DNA of 64,000 nt, from assembly GCA_963775425.1 (NCBI GenBank), contig CAVZJB010000003.1:192001-256000 (forward strand), written 5' to 3'. The notes below the pieces were generated by a model, which did no database searches, was not told the origin of the DNA, and saw only the letters and a program-made list of their open reading frames with translations. Position 1 is the stretch's first letter. Each line of letters starts with the position of its first letter. Source of the stretch: an uncultured delta proteobacterium (GTDB lineage Bacteria > Myxococcota > UBA727 > VGSZ01). Positions 20,138 through 31,200 of the stretch are shown here, piece after piece. A program made the translations under genes and the position numbers.

Positions 20138-23100
20138 TCAGCGCTCGTCGCAGCCGATGTCGGGGCGGTTGCCCTGCGGGCGCGGGTCACCGTCGATGTC
20201 GTCGGCCAGCGAGAGGGCGGCGTCGGCGGCGTCCGCGAGGGCGTTGTCGCCGGTGACGAGGTGGCCGGTGTCGTCGACGAGCGCACTCACATCTACGATC
20301 AGGCAAGCGTCACATTGAGGATCGAACGCCGCGAGATCGCCGTTGGACAGGGCGGTCACGGACGGCGTGACCACGAGCGTGGCCCCCGTGGAGAACGCGA
20401 GCGCCACGGCCTGCGTCCATGGCGCGTCGGTCGCCGCGTCGATGCCCGGATCGCCGCCCAGCACGCTGTTGGCGGCGTCGAGCGTCGCCTGCGCGTCGAG
20501 CGCGACCGCCGCGCCGCTCGACACGAGCGTCGCCTGTCGCAGCTCCACGGCGCCCGTGGCGTCGACGGCGGGCCCGCCGTCGACGGAGACAAAGCTCGAG
20601 AGCAGTGACGCGTCACCGCAGGACAGGCCCGTGGCCGCGCCCGGGTCGGAGATCGCCCGCAGCGTGGAGCGCAGGAACGTGCTGGGCGCCGACACCTGCG
20701 CGGCCACCGCGTCGGCGCCGTGCACGTCCACGGTGCTGTCGCTGACGTCCGCGGACGCGGCGACGATGCCCGCCGTGCTCCCGGCGCCGTCCACCACCAC
20801 GGTGCTGTCGACGACGGTGACGTCGACGCCGCCCGCGTCCACGCCCGTCACGCCCGCCGTGAGCGCGACGCCGGACAGCGACAGCGTCGCCGTCCCCGAC
20901 CCCGCGGCCGCGCGCCCGGCGGCGTCGATGGTGGTGTCGACGAGCTGCACGTCGCCGGCCCCGTCGGCGAGCATGCCGTCGCCGTTGCTCACGAGCGTGG
21001 CGCCGCTCGCGACGAGCACGCCCCCGCTCGCGCGCACCGCCAGCGCCGAGGCCACACCCTCGGCGATCACGTGCGCGCCCTCGAGGCTGACCTGCGCGCC
21101 GTCCGCGGCGAGGCCCACGGCGTCGTCGACGGCGGCGGCGTTGGCGGCGGCGAGCAGGGTGGCGCGCACCAGGGCGCTGCGGGCGTCGCCGGCGAAGGCG
21201 ATGGCCTCGCCCGAGGACGCGTCGGCGGTGGCGCCCGCCACGGTGGTGTCGCCGTCGAGGGTGAGCAGGCTGTCGGTCACCTCGATGCCTACGGCCGCAT
21301 CCGCCGCACCGCCGGAGATGGTGGACGCGGTGGCGTCGAGCGAGCACGCGGTGCCCTTCACGCCGGCCGCCGAGGTGGCGCCGGCGCCGCCGGTGATGTC
21401 TGCGCGCTCAAGCGCGAGCACCGCCGACGTGCACACCACGCCCACGGCGGCGTCGCCCGGAGCGCCGAGGACCGCGCTGTCGACGAACGTGGCCACCGCG
21501 CCCGGCGACAACACCACGCTGCCGACGTCGTGGGCGCTCGTGGGCTCCACGACGCTGTCCTGCACCCGCACCGCCGCGCCGGGGGCCGCCACGAGCAGGG
21601 GCTCGTCGTGCACGGCGCCCTCGACGATGTGCACGCCGTCGAGGCTGCTGGTGCGCGTGAGCTGAACCGAGCCGCCGGCGAGAGAGAGCGTGAGCGTGGC
21701 GAGGTGCGCGTCGACGATGCTCACGCCTGTGCTGCCCACGGGCAGCGTGGTCTCGGCGCCGCCGTCGACGTACGCGCCGGCGACGTCGTCGAAGTGGAGG
21801 CCGCCGCGCAAGGACAGCCGCTCGGGCAGCGCCCCGGTGAACACGGCGTGGCTCCCCTCGGCGAGCAGCAGCTCGGGCAGCTCGTGCCGCTCGGCCGTGT
21901 CCACGGCGGCGGCGACCGTGGCGAAGGGAGCGGCGGCGGTGCCGTTGCCGGCGTCGTCGTCGCCGCGGACGGGGTCGACGTACGGGCCGGCCTCCTCGAC
22001 GGTGACGGCCTGCTCCACGGTGACGCCGAGACCCTTGTCGTCGAACGCGCTGATGACGAAGTGGTAGACGTCGCCGGCCGCGACTGCGGTGAGCTCGATG
22101 TGGTCGGCGTCGGTGGCCTCGGTGAGCAGCCGCACCGGATCGTCCGGCGCCTGCGAGATGGACGTGGAGGCGATGACGCCCGAGTCCGGGTCTTCGGCGC
22201 CGCGCGCGTCGACGACGAACACCTCGCCGGGGACGACGAAGCGCTCCGGCGGCAACGACAGCACCGGCGCCACGTTCTCGGCGCCGTTGGTGACCAGCAC
22301 GCGCACGGTGTCCGGCGGCGAAATCACCAGGCCGTCGTCGGCGACCACGTGGAACAGCAGCGTGACGTCGGGGCCGTCGCCGGCGGGGGCGGTGAACAAG
22401 CCGGGGACGAGCGGGTCGGGCGCGGCGGTGGGGCCGAGCACCTGGGTGATGGTGACGACGAGCGGATCGCGGTCGACGTCGAAGGAGCGCGAGGTGTCCA
22501 GGCGGAAGCGCGAACCGGGGCCGACGATGCGATCGGGGCCGCCGTTCGCGGTGGGGGCGATGTCGCCGTTGGGCGGCCGCACGTCGACGGGCGCCACCTG
22601 CACGCCGCCCGACGCGCCGCCGAGGCGCCGCTCGCCGGCGAGGAAGAGGTGTTGCTGGCGGCGGGGCGCGCTGAAGGCGATGTTGTCGCCCTCGACGCCG
22701 CCGGGGATGACGTCGGCGTTGCCGTCGGCGGACCACGCGCGCGCGGTGGAGCCGGTGTCGTCGCGCGGGCAGAAGGAGACGGAGACGCCGACGTTGGTGT
22801 CGACCTGGACCACGGGGCTCGCGCACGTGCCCACGGTGAGGCCCGTGTCCGCCGGGAGCGGCGTGCCCGCGGGCCAGAAGACGCGCGCGGCGGGAGCGAC
22901 GCCGCGGCCGGCGCCGTCCACACCGTCGACGACGACGATGCAGGGCAGGGTGGCGCCGAGGGTGACGTCGACGGTGGTGCCGTCGACCGTGACGCCGGCG
23001 CCCGTGCCGCAGCTTGCGGTGGCGGTGAGCGAGGCGACGTCGCCGACGCTGTCGACGTCGAAGACGTGGGAGGTGCCCGGCTCCACGACCGCGTCGGGCG

Positions 23101-23572
23101 GGAGCATGAGGAACGCGGGCTCGCCCTCGGGGGTGCTCGACACGGTGACCTTCACCTGGTCGGTGGCGACGGCGCCGTCGGCCTCCGCGCGCAGCTCGAA
23201 GGTGAGCGTGGCCGGCGCGAGCGGGGCCACGAACGCGGGCAGCGCCGACGACGGGTTGGTCAGGAGCACCGGCGCCCCGTCCACCTGCGTCCACGACAGC
23301 GAGGCGTCGCCGGCGAGGCCGCGCGAGGCGCGCCCCGAGAGCACCACCCGCGAGCCCTCGAGGACGACGAGGTCGGGACCCGCGAGCGCGACGACGTCGA
23401 CGCGCGGGGGCACCGTGATCGGTGTCGGCCCCGGGAAGAGCGTGTCCGGGCACCCCGCGCAGCCGACGACGAGCGCGACGACGCCCGCGAGCGCGACCGC
23501 CTGCGACGCCGGGGAGGGCGCGGCATGGCGCGGCGGCGGGTGCGCCGACGGCGAGGGACGGGGGGGCGTCAC
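20138..23572 (-). CDS. Large secreted lipoprotein: PKD/Ig-like domains, DUF1565-like motif, beta-helix, choice-of-anchor-Q-like tail
   Basis: Lipobox-like VVGC, WTQVDG and DxDxD Ig motifs, YVDP..GDD..GT.AAPFATV, G/A/V-rich beta-helix repeats, terminal DIDGDPRPQG..PDIGCDE. Confidence 0.75.
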   Translation of the reverse strand: MTPPRPSPSAHPPPRHAAPSPASQAVALAGVVALVVGCAGCPDTLFPGPTPITVPPRVDVVALAGPDLVVLEGSRVVLSGRASRGLAGDASLSWTQVDGAPVLLTNPSSALPAFVAPLAPATLTFELRAEADGAVATDQVKVTVSSTPEGEPAFLMLPPDAVVEPGTSHVFDVDSVGDVASLTATASCGTGAGVTVDGTTVDVTLGATLPCIVVVDGVDGAGRGVAPAARVFWPAGTPLPADTGLTVGTCASPVVQVDTNVGVSVSFCPRDDTGSTARAWSADGNADVIPGGVEGDNIAFSAPRRQQHLFLAGERRLGGASGGVQVAPVDVRPPNGDIAPTANGGPDRIVGPGSRFRLDTSRSFDVDRDPLVVTITQVLGPTAAPDPLVPGLFTAPAGDGPDVTLLFHVVADDGLVISPPDTVRVLVTNGAENVAPVLSLPPERFVVPGEVFVVDARGAEDPDSGVIASTSISQAPDDPVRLLTEATDADHIELTAVAAGDVYHFVISAFDDKGLGVTVEQAVTVEEAGPYVDPVRGDDDAGNGTAAAPFATVAAAVDTAERHELPELLLAEGSHAVFTGALPERLSLRGGLHFDDVAGAYVDGGAETTLPVGSTGVSIVDAHLATLTLSLAGGSVQLTRTSSLDGVHIVEGAVHDEPLLVAAPGAAVRVQDSVVEPTSAHDVGSVVLSPGAVATFVDSAVLGAPGDAAVGVVCTSAVLALERADITGGAGATSAAGVKGTACSLDATASTISGGAADAAVGIEVTDSLLTLDGDTTVAGATADASSGEAIAFAGDARSALVRATLLAAANAAAVDDAVGLAADGAQVSLEGAHVIAEGVASALAVRASGGVLVASGATLVSNGDGMLADGAGDVQLVDTTIDAAGRAAAGSGTATLSLSGVALTAGVTGVDAGGVDVTVVDSTVVVDGAGSTAGIVAASADVSDSTVDVHGADAVAAQVSAPSTFLRSTLRAISDPGAATGLSCGDASLLSSFVSVDGGPAVDATGAVELRQATLVSSGAAVALDAQATLDAANSVLGGDPGIDAATDAPWTQAVALAFSTGATLVVTPSVTALSNGDLAAFDPQCDACLIVDVSALVDDTGHLVTGDNALADAADAALSLADDIDGDPRPQGNRPDIGCDER

Positions 23573-23683
23573 GGCACGGAATGGTACCCGGTTTTCACCG
23601 CGGCGCCCGTGGCCCCGCGCCCGTCCCCCCGGCCGGCGCGAGGGTGCGCTTCCCGGGCCGGGACCCGCGAGCTATCAGGCGCC

Positions 23684-24184
23684 ATGAGCGAAGGGCCGAG
23701 AGCGCCGCTGTGGGCCGTCGTCGTCGCCACCTGGTTCGGCGCGGGCAAGAGCCCCAAGGCGCCGGGCACGGTGGGGTCGGCGGCGTCGCTGATCCTGTGG
23801 GCGCCGATGGTCCTCCTCGAGACCCCCTGGTGGGCGCGCCTCGCCGTCACCGCGCTGGTGTTCGCCGTCGGCACCGTCGCCGCCGCCGCCATCGTGCGCG
23901 CGCGGGGGCAGGAGGATCCGCAGCTCGTCGTCGTAGACGAGGTCGCCGGCATGGGCGTCACGCTCGCGCTCGCGGCCCACGGGGCGTGGAGCCTCGGCCT
24001 CGGCTTCGCGCTGTTTCGCCTGTTCGACATCTGGAAGCCCTGGCCCGTGCGCCTCGCCGACCGCCGGGTGAAGGGCGGCTTCGGCGTCATGCTCGACGAC
24101 GTCATCGCCGGCCTCTACGCGCTGCCGTGCCTGTGGCTCGTGGAGCGCTTCGTCCTCCCTCGCCTCCTCGAGGTCCTGTCATGA
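23684..24184 (+). CDS. pgpA: Phosphatidylglycerophosphatase A
   Basis: APGTVGS, DPQLVVVDEVAG, FRLFDIWKPWP, GGFGVMLDD. Confidence 0.93.
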   Translation: MSEGPRAPLWAVVVATWFGAGKSPKAPGTVGSAASLILWAPMVLLETPWWARLAVTALVFAVGTVAAAAIVRARGQEDPQLVVVDEVAGMGVTLALAAHGAWSLGLGFALFRLFDIWKPWPVRLADRRVKGGFGVMLDDVIAGLYALPCLWLVERFVLPRLLEVLS

Positions 24185-25428
24185 AAGACACCCTGCGCAT
24201 CGAGAGCGTCGCCGTCGGCGACGAGCTGCTCGACGGCCGCATCGCCGACAAGAACACCAAGGATCTCGGCGACGCCCTCGCCGTGCTCGGCCTCGAGCTG
24301 CGCGGCGCGCGCACCGTGCCCGACGACCACGACGCCATCGTGGGCGCCGTCAAAGAGGCCGCGGCCCGCGCCGACATCGTCGTCACCAGCGGGGGCCTCG
24401 GCCCCACGAGCGACGACATCACCGCCGCGTGCGTCGCGGACGCCGCCGGCGTCCCCATGCGCTTCGACGACGCCGCGTGGGCGCGCATCCAGGCCATGTT
24501 CGAGGCCCGGAAGCTCTCCATCCCCGAGAGCAACAAGCGCCAGGCCACGCTGCCGTCGACGTCGCGCACGCTCGAAAACGAGATGGGCACGGCGCCGGGC
24601 TTCGTCACCCCCGTGGGCGCCTGCGAGGTCTGGAGCTTCCCGGGCGTGCCGCGCGAATACCGGCACCTCCTCGAGGACCGCCTGCTCCCCCACATCCGCG
24701 AGCGGGCCAAGGGCGGCGCCGCCCTCGTGCGGCGCACGCTGCGCTCGCTCGGCGTCGCCGAGAGCGCCGTGGGCGAGCGCCTCACCGCGCTCAGCAACGA
24801 AAACCCCGACGTGCGCGTGCAGTACCGCACCCTCTTCCCCGAGATCCTCGTGCGGCTGGTGCTCGACGACGGCGACGCCGGCCGCGCCGACGCCCTCGCC
24901 GCCCGCGCCCGCAATGACATCGGCCCGTCCGTCTACGGCGACGGCGACGACCCGCTCGAGGTGCGCCTGTTGAAGGCCCTCGACGCCCGGAAGCAGACCG
25001 TGGCGGCGGCGGAGTCGTGCACCGGCGGCCTCGTCGCCAAGCGCGTGACCGACGTCCCCGGCTCGTCGAGCGCCATGCTCGGCGGCGTGGTGTCCTACGC
25101 GAACTCCGCCAAGGTCGACCTCCTCGAGGTGCCGCAGGCCGCGCTCGACGCGCACGGCGCCGTCTCCGAAGAGGTCGCGCGCGCCATGGCCGAGGGCGCG
25201 CGCAAGCGCTTCGGCGCCGACTTCGCCGTGTCGACGACGGGCGTGGCGGGGCCGGGCGGCGGCACGGCCGAAAAGCCCGTGGGCCTCGTGTGGTTCGCGG
25301 TGGCGGGCCCGCGCGGCACCAGCGCCAGGCGCTCGCGCTTCCCGGACTTCGGCCGCGAGCGCATCCGCGAGATGGCGGCGGCCACCGCGCTGCGCCTGCT
25401 CCTCGAGGCCGTCGAGGGCCCGCAGTGA
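24181..25428 (+). CDS. cinA: CinA family (MoCF domain + NMN deamidase PncC)
   Basis: VGDELL, GGLGPTSDDIT, PGVPRE, AESCTGG, HGAVS, TGVAGPGGG, KPVG. Confidence 0.94.
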   Translation: MKDTLRIESVAVGDELLDGRIADKNTKDLGDALAVLGLELRGARTVPDDHDAIVGAVKEAAARADIVVTSGGLGPTSDDITAACVADAAGVPMRFDDAAWARIQAMFEARKLSIPESNKRQATLPSTSRTLENEMGTAPGFVTPVGACEVWSFPGVPREYRHLLEDRLLPHIRERAKGGAALVRRTLRSLGVAESAVGERLTALSNENPDVRVQYRTLFPEILVRLVLDDGDAGRADALAARARNDIGPSVYGDGDDPLEVRLLKALDARKQTVAAAESCTGGLVAKRVTDVPGSSSAMLGGVVSYANSAKVDLLEVPQAALDAHGAVSEEVARAMAEGARKRFGADFAVSTTGVAGPGGGTAEKPVGLVWFAVAGPRGTSARRSRFPDFGRERIREMAAATALRLLLEAVEGPQ

Positions 25429-25937
25429 AGCTCCACGTCGACACCCGCTTCGAGCGGGTGACGCTGCCGCGCTTCCTGGAGATCTACTTCTCCGAGGAAT
25501 TCAACAACGCCGTTGGCGCGGTTTCGGGGCTCAAGAGCCGCACGCTCGTCGAGGAGACGGTGAAGGACGACGGCGCGCGCGAGCGGCGCGTGCGCATGGA
25601 GCCGGCGGTGACGCTGCCGGGCCCCATCCAGAAGCTCGCCGACAGGCTCGCGGGCGACAAGGCCGTCATCACCTACGACGAGGTCTCCAGCTACGACCCC
25701 GCCGCCCGCACGTGCCGCTACTTCATCGACAGCCGCATCAAGGACAAGGCGCGGGTCGAGGGCACCATCCGCTTCCTCGAAGAAGGCGACGGCGTCCGCC
25801 GCGTCATCGACGGCCTCATCGAGGTGAAGGCGCCGCTCGGCGTCGGGGGCCTGATCGAGCGCTTCATCGAGAGCGAGACGCAGAAGGGCTACCTCAAGAT
25901 CGGCGCCTTCCTGCAGGATTGGATCGACACGCGGTGA
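25425..25937 (+). CDS. DUF2505-like (SRPBCC/START-fold) protein
   Basis: GTG overlaps the cinA stop; about 170 aa with a G..IEVK.PLGVGGLIERFI pattern. Confidence 0.65.
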   Translation: MKLHVDTRFERVTLPRFLEIYFSEEFNNAVGAVSGLKSRTLVEETVKDDGARERRVRMEPAVTLPGPIQKLADRLAGDKAVITYDEVSSYDPAARTCRYFIDSRIKDKARVEGTIRFLEEGDGVRRVIDGLIEVKAPLGVGGLIERFIESETQKGYLKIGAFLQDWIDTR

Positions 25938-26464
25938 GCCGCACGGCCTCGCACGCGACCGCCGCCGTCGTGACCCTCGCGCTCTGTACGCTCGGCGGCG
26001 CCTGCCGCACCCCGCACATCGAAGGCGCCGCCGACGACGGCGCGCTGCACCAGACGCTCGAGCGGCCGCCGCTCCAGCCGGGCGCGCCGCCCGACTGCGA
26101 CGACGCCATCTTCGCGCGCACGTTCCACACGTGCCCGGCGCCGGCCGCGGCCTTCCCGCGCATCTGGGACGCGCTCGCGCCGTCTTTGACACCGGAGCGC
26201 GCCCGCGGCTTCGTCGCCGCCGAGGGACCGGCGCTCGACGCGTGCTGCGGCGCCGCCGACCTCGTCGTCGAGCTCGACCTCGTCGTCGCCTGTGACGGCC
26301 GGGTCGAGGACGCCGCCGCCAGCGTGGGCGGCGCCGGCGCCCCCCTCCTCGCCGGCGCGTGCCTCGAGGGCGTCGCGCGCGGGTGGACGCTCGATCGGCC
26401 CAACGGGCACGAGCAGGGCGTGCACGTGCTCGTCCCGTGCGGGACCCCGGGGGCGCGCCGATGA
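25934..26464 (+). CDS. Putative lipoprotein with AgmX/PglI (TonB-C-like) C-terminal domain
   Basis: Lipobox GGAC; C-terminal V..DGRV...C...V.RGW...P pattern; overlapping starts and stops with neighbours. Confidence 0.55.
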   Translation: MSRTASHATAAVVTLALCTLGGACRTPHIEGAADDGALHQTLERPPLQPGAPPDCDDAIFARTFHTCPAPAAAFPRIWDALAPSLTPERARGFVAAEGPALDACCGAADLVVELDLVVACDGRVEDAAASVGGAGAPLLAGACLEGVARGWTLDRPNGHEQGVHVLVPCGTPGARR

Positions 26465-27018
26465 GGGCCCGCGCGACCGCGCGCGGCCTGGCGCGCGGCC
26501 GCTCTCTCCGGTCGCTGATCGCCCTCGCGCTCGCGTCGTCGGCGCTCCCGGGCTGCGCCCACGTCGACGTGGGCCCCGAGGGCTCGCCCGCCGTCTGGAA
26601 CCTGAGCCCGCGGCGCGACGTCGAGGTCGACCACGCCGCCTTGTGCTGCCCGCGCGAAGGCGGGCTGTTGTGGGTCTCCGCCGTCGTCTCCGAGCGCGGC
26701 GTCGTCGCCGACCTGCGCGTCGAGCGGCCGCCGGCGTGGGCGGCGCTGCTCGCCGGCGGCGCGTGCGGCCTCGCCGACGGAGTGTGGCTCGTGGCGCACG
26801 TCGCCGGCGACGACGGCGCCGCGCACCAGGCGGACGCGCTGTTGGCCTCGTGCGACGAGGGGAAGAAGAAGCTCGGCGGCTCCTGGCTGCCGCCGTCCGT
26901 CTCCGCGGTCGAGCGCCGCTGCTTCGAGGGCATGACGCAGGCGTGGGCCCGCGAGCACCCTGCGCCCTCGTCACCGGTGACGTTCACCCTGAGCTGCGTC
27001 AGCGATCCAGGCGCTTGA
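26461..27018 (+). CDS. Putative Cys-containing lipoprotein
   Basis: Lipobox LPGC; ATG overlaps the upstream stop. Confidence 0.55.
   Translation: MRARATARGLARGRSLRSLIALALASSALPGCAHVDVGPEGSPAVWNLSPRRDVEVDHAALCCPREGGLLWVSAVVSERGVVADLRVERPPAWAALLAGGACGLADGVWLVAHVAGDDGAAHQADALLASCDEGKKKLGGSWLPPSVSAVERRCFEGMTQAWAREHPAPSSPVTFTLSCVSDPGA
26494..26521 (+). repeat. Dispersed hairpin repeat, copy 1 (CGCGGCCGCTCTCTCCGGTCGCTGATCG)
   Basis: Near-identical copies at 28258, 34032-34059 (-) and 47184. Confidence 0.75.
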
Positions 27019-28105
27019 TCTCCACCGTGTCGCCCTTGTTCTCGAGGGCGAAGCTGCGGTGCTCCGTGGCCCCGGTGCGCACCTGGTGGGCGATGGCGTC
27101 GAAGGGGATGTCGAGCACGGCGACGGGGTCGATGAACTCGGGGCCGTCGGTGACGGCGAAGTGCAGGTGCGGACCCGTGCTCCGTCCGGTGGAGCCGGAG
27201 TACGCGATGACGTCGCCCTCGTTCACGGTCTGGCCGGCCTCGACGAGGATCCGGCTCAGGTGCGAGTAGTGCGTGCGCACGCCGTCGCCGTGGTCGAGGA
27301 CGACCTGGTTGCCGTAGCCGCCCTGGCGCCCCGCGTACACGACGAGGCCGGAGGCGGCGGCCCAGACGTTGGTCCCCATGGGGACGTCGTAGTCGACGCC
27401 GTTGTGGAAGCGCCGCTGCTTGGTGAACGGATCGGCGCGAACGCCAAACGGCGACGAGATGATCATGGGTGAGACCGGCGCGCGCAGCACGAGCTCGCCG
27501 TCGCCGAGCCGCGGCGTCGGGGTGATGGTGCCGGGGGCGTTGGCCGCGCGCAGCTCTCCGACGCTCTCGTCGACGGCGCCGAGCACCGCGCGCAGACGCT
27601 TGTCGAGGTGGGCGGGCAGCACGATCCTGCGCTCGCGGTCGTGCTCGAGCTCGACCTCGAGCGTCACGCGCGCGCGCACGAAGGCGCCGAGGTCGGTGGC
27701 GCGCGGGGCGATCTCGCAGGCGGCGCCGACGTCGGCGAGCACGCGGTTCCACGCGTCCGCCCAGCCCACGCTGCTCTTCGGCGCGCCGCGCATGAGCGCG
27801 CGGTCACCGGTGAACTGCTGCAGGGCCCCGTCGATGAGGAGCCCCGCGGACACCGTCGTCGGCGCGCGCGGCGCGGGCGTGCGGCCCCCGAAGCCGGGCT
27901 CGCCGCGGGTCATCACCGCGAGCGCGGGTGCGCGCCGCGGCGCCATCCGCGCCACCCGCGCCGCCGCCCCCGGCCCGCCGCTCGCGGCGCTCGACGCCGC
28001 GCGCGGGGCGGCGTCGACGTCGGCCCAGGTGACGCGATCGGCGGCGCAGCCGGCGGCGGAGAGGAGCGCCGCCACCGCGGTCATCGAGAACGTCGCCGCG
28101 CGCAC
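26999..28105 (-). CDS. M23 family metallopeptidase lipoprotein
   Basis: Lipobox AAGC; SSPFGVR.DP, HNGVD (HxxxD), YGN, YSHL, STGPHLHF. Confidence 0.9.
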   Translation of the reverse strand: MRAATFSMTAVAALLSAAGCAADRVTWADVDAAPRAASSAASGGPGAAARVARMAPRRAPALAVMTRGEPGFGGRTPAPRAPTTVSAGLLIDGALQQFTGDRALMRGAPKSSVGWADAWNRVLADVGAACEIAPRATDLGAFVRARVTLEVELEHDRERRIVLPAHLDKRLRAVLGAVDESVGELRAANAPGTITPTPRLGDGELVLRAPVSPMIISSPFGVRADPFTKQRRFHNGVDYDVPMGTNVWAAASGLVVYAGRQGGYGNQVVLDHGDGVRTHYSHLSRILVEAGQTVNEGDVIAYSGSTGRSTGPHLHFAVTDGPEFIDPVAVLDIPFDAIAHQVRTGATEHRSFALENKGDTVEIKRLDR

Positions 28106-28257
28106 GGGATCGAGGGTAGGGCGCGCGCCGCGCGCCGGCCAATCCCGCGCCGCCGGTGACGCAGAGCGGCACGCGCCCCCCGAAAACAGGCCTACCCCCT
28201 TTGACGGATGCGCTTTCACCGCGGAAAACGTGCTCCCGCGCGTCCCGGCGCGCATCT

Positions 28258-28284
28258 CGCGGCCGCTCCTTCCGGTCGCCATCG
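28258..28284 (+). repeat. Dispersed hairpin repeat, copy 2
   Basis: CGCGGCCGCTCCTTCCGGTCGCCATCG, just upstream of ATG 28295. Confidence 0.7.
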
Positions 28285-28294
28285 CGAGGTCCCG

Positions 28295-31200
28295 ATGCAG
28301 GCTCATCGCCGGTCCGTCGTCCCGTTGCTCTTGGTCGTCGCCGCTCCCGTCGTCCTGGCCCGCTGCCAGTGCGGGGATCCGCTGCAGGGTCTGCCCGAGG
28401 CGCAGATCGAGATCCTCGATGACCAGGGCAACAGCCACCTCGACGCCGAGCCGTGGCTCGTGATCGACTTCGGCGACGCCGACAGCGGCCAGAGCGTCAC
28501 CCGCAACGTGACGCTCAAGGACAACGGCACCGGGCCGCTCCTCATCGAGAAGACGTGCCTGGTGAACGCCGCCGACCTCGACACGGCCAGGACGGCGCCG
28601 TGCATCACCGGCCAGACCACGGCCTTCACCTTCACGGACATCGGCGCCGCCCGGTTGAAGCCCGGCACCACCGTCGATGTGCCGGTGACGTTCGCGCCGC
28701 ACGCGGGCGGGCCGGCCAACCTGTTCCTGCAGGTGACGAGCACCGCCGTCAAAGAGCCCGTGGCCGCCGTGCAGCTCGTCGGCCGGGGCACCGACGGGCG
28801 CCTGTGCGCGGAGCCGAGCGGCATCTTCGACTTCGGTGACGTCGACATCGGCGCCACGGCGCCCGGGCAGATCACCGTCCGCAACTGCGGCGTGAAGCCC
28901 GTGACCATCGACTCCTTCGCGTTGTCGCAGAACCCGGACGACGCCTTCACGTTCACCCCGCAGGGCGGGGACCCCACCGGGCGCACGCTGAACCAGGACG
29001 AGACCATCGTCCTCGATCTCACGTTCACGCCGGCGCAGCCGGGGCCCTACAGCGACAACCGCGCCGGTGACATCCACGTCGTCACCGCGGCGCCCTTCGC
29101 CGCCGAGTACGACCTCATCCTCATCGGCAACGGCGTCACGCCCCCGGCCTGCCACGTCCACGTCGTGCCGCAGGTGGTGAACTACAACGCGGTGGCCTCG
29201 GGGACGGCGGCGACGCGCCAGCTCATCGTGCAGTCCGTCGGCCAGTGCGCCTGCACCCTCGACGCCATCAGCGATCCCTCCCCCGCGGACCAGGGCTTCA
29301 CGCTCGGCACCGTGCCCGCGCTCCCCATGGTCTTGAAGGGCACCGTCGGCTGCGACGGGGATCCTGCGGGCGCGGCCGCCGCGCCGTCCTCCCTCACCGT
29401 CGACGTCACGTTCACCGCGCCCGTACAAAACGACGCCACGCCGTTCAACGCGTCGCTCGACGTCAGCACCAGCGACGCCGACGCCCCCGTGCAGACGGTG
29501 AACCTCGAGGCCAACGGCGGCGGCGCCCCCTTCTGCCAGCTCGCCGTCTCGCCGCAGGAGTCGGGCGGCGGCGGCTTCTCGGTGCCCACGCAGGGGCGCT
29601 ATGGCGTCGTCGAGTTCGGCCGCACGTCGGTGCACGTGCCCAAGCAGGAGCCCATCACCCTCGAGAACACCGGCAACATCGACTGCCACGTCACCGGCGT
29701 CGCCTACGACGATGCGCAGAACACCGTGCAAAACGAGTTCTCCGTCGTCACCGAGGACGGCCAGCCGGCCAACGGCATGGCCGCGTTCGCCATCGCCCCC
29801 GGGGAGACGCGCACGCTCTTCGCCGTGTTCTCGCCCACCCACACGCTCCAGGCGGACGGCCTGTTCGGCAGCGCGTTCTCCTTCGGGTCCTACTCGGGCA
29901 CGCTCTTCCAGACCGCCACCGGCTGCCACCTGCTGAACACCGCGGCCTGCAACGGCGTCACCTTCACCACCGACGACACCACCACCGACGTGAGCGCCTC
30001 CGGGCAGAACCCGGGCGTGTACTCCATCGGCTTCAAGGGCACGCCCGTGGCGCCGTCCGTCGACGTCATCCCCGGCTCGCTCGACTTCGGCCTCGTCACC
30101 CTCGACTGCGGCTCGCCCACCCAGCGCGTGAGCGTCTACAACAACGGCGGCGCCGACCTCGTCGTCGATGAGCCCGTCGTCGATCCCGCCGAGACCCCGG
30201 AGGTCTTCCGCGTCGAGGGCACCACCAACTTCTCCAACACCTGGCCCTTCACCATCCCCGCCGGCGGCAGCATGTCCATCGAGGTGCGCTACTTCGCGCG
30301 CCAGCTCGGCGTCCAGGCGGCCAACCTCATCATCCCCACCGTCGAGGGCGGCAGCGCCGGTCCGCCGGTGACCATCCCGCTGCGCGGCGAGGGCACCACG
30401 GACACCAGCCAGACGGACACGTTCGATCAGTTCGGCGATCCCAAGGTCGACGTGCTCTGGGTCGTCGACGACTCCGCGTCCATGGATCCGTACCAGAACG
30501 AGATGGCCACGAACTTCTCGCAGTTCTTCGTGTCCTCCAACGTCTCCAACGCGGACTTCCACATCGGCGTCACCACCACGCTCACCGCCAAGGCCGACTG
30601 CATCGGCGGCCCCCCGTCGTGCCAGACCAACGCCGACTGCGGCGCCGGCGGCACCTGCGCGTTCCACCTGTGCACCGCGGGCAACGCCGTCAACTCGTGC
30701 GACGACGACCCGATGTGCGGCTGGTACACGTCCTGCTCGAACGAGCACTTCCTCTCGCCGTCGTCGCCCAACGTCGACAGCCAGTTCCAGTGCAACGTGC
30801 ACACGTCGGGCGGGGCCAACCCGTCGCGTCCCGGGTCGGACAGCGCCGAGGGCGGCTTCCGCGCCGCCTACCGCTTCCTCACCCCCGAGAACATCACGGA
30901 CCCGAGCATCAACGGCGGCTTCATGCGCGACGACGCCAAGCTGCACGTCATCATGGTCTCGGACGAGCCCGAGCAGAGCAAGGGCAGCGTCGACGAGTAC
31001 ATCGACTTCTTCCGCAACCTGAAGGGCTTCCGGAACTCCAGCCTCGTCGCCGTCAGCGCCATCGCGCCGCCGGAGAACGGCTGCACGCTCGCGGACGGCA
31101 CGCAGGTCTCGGGGGACTCGCGCTACAAGGCGCTCGTCGACGCGCTCAACGGCCGCTTCGAGTCCATCTGCAACCCGGACTGGACCACGATGATGTCGCA

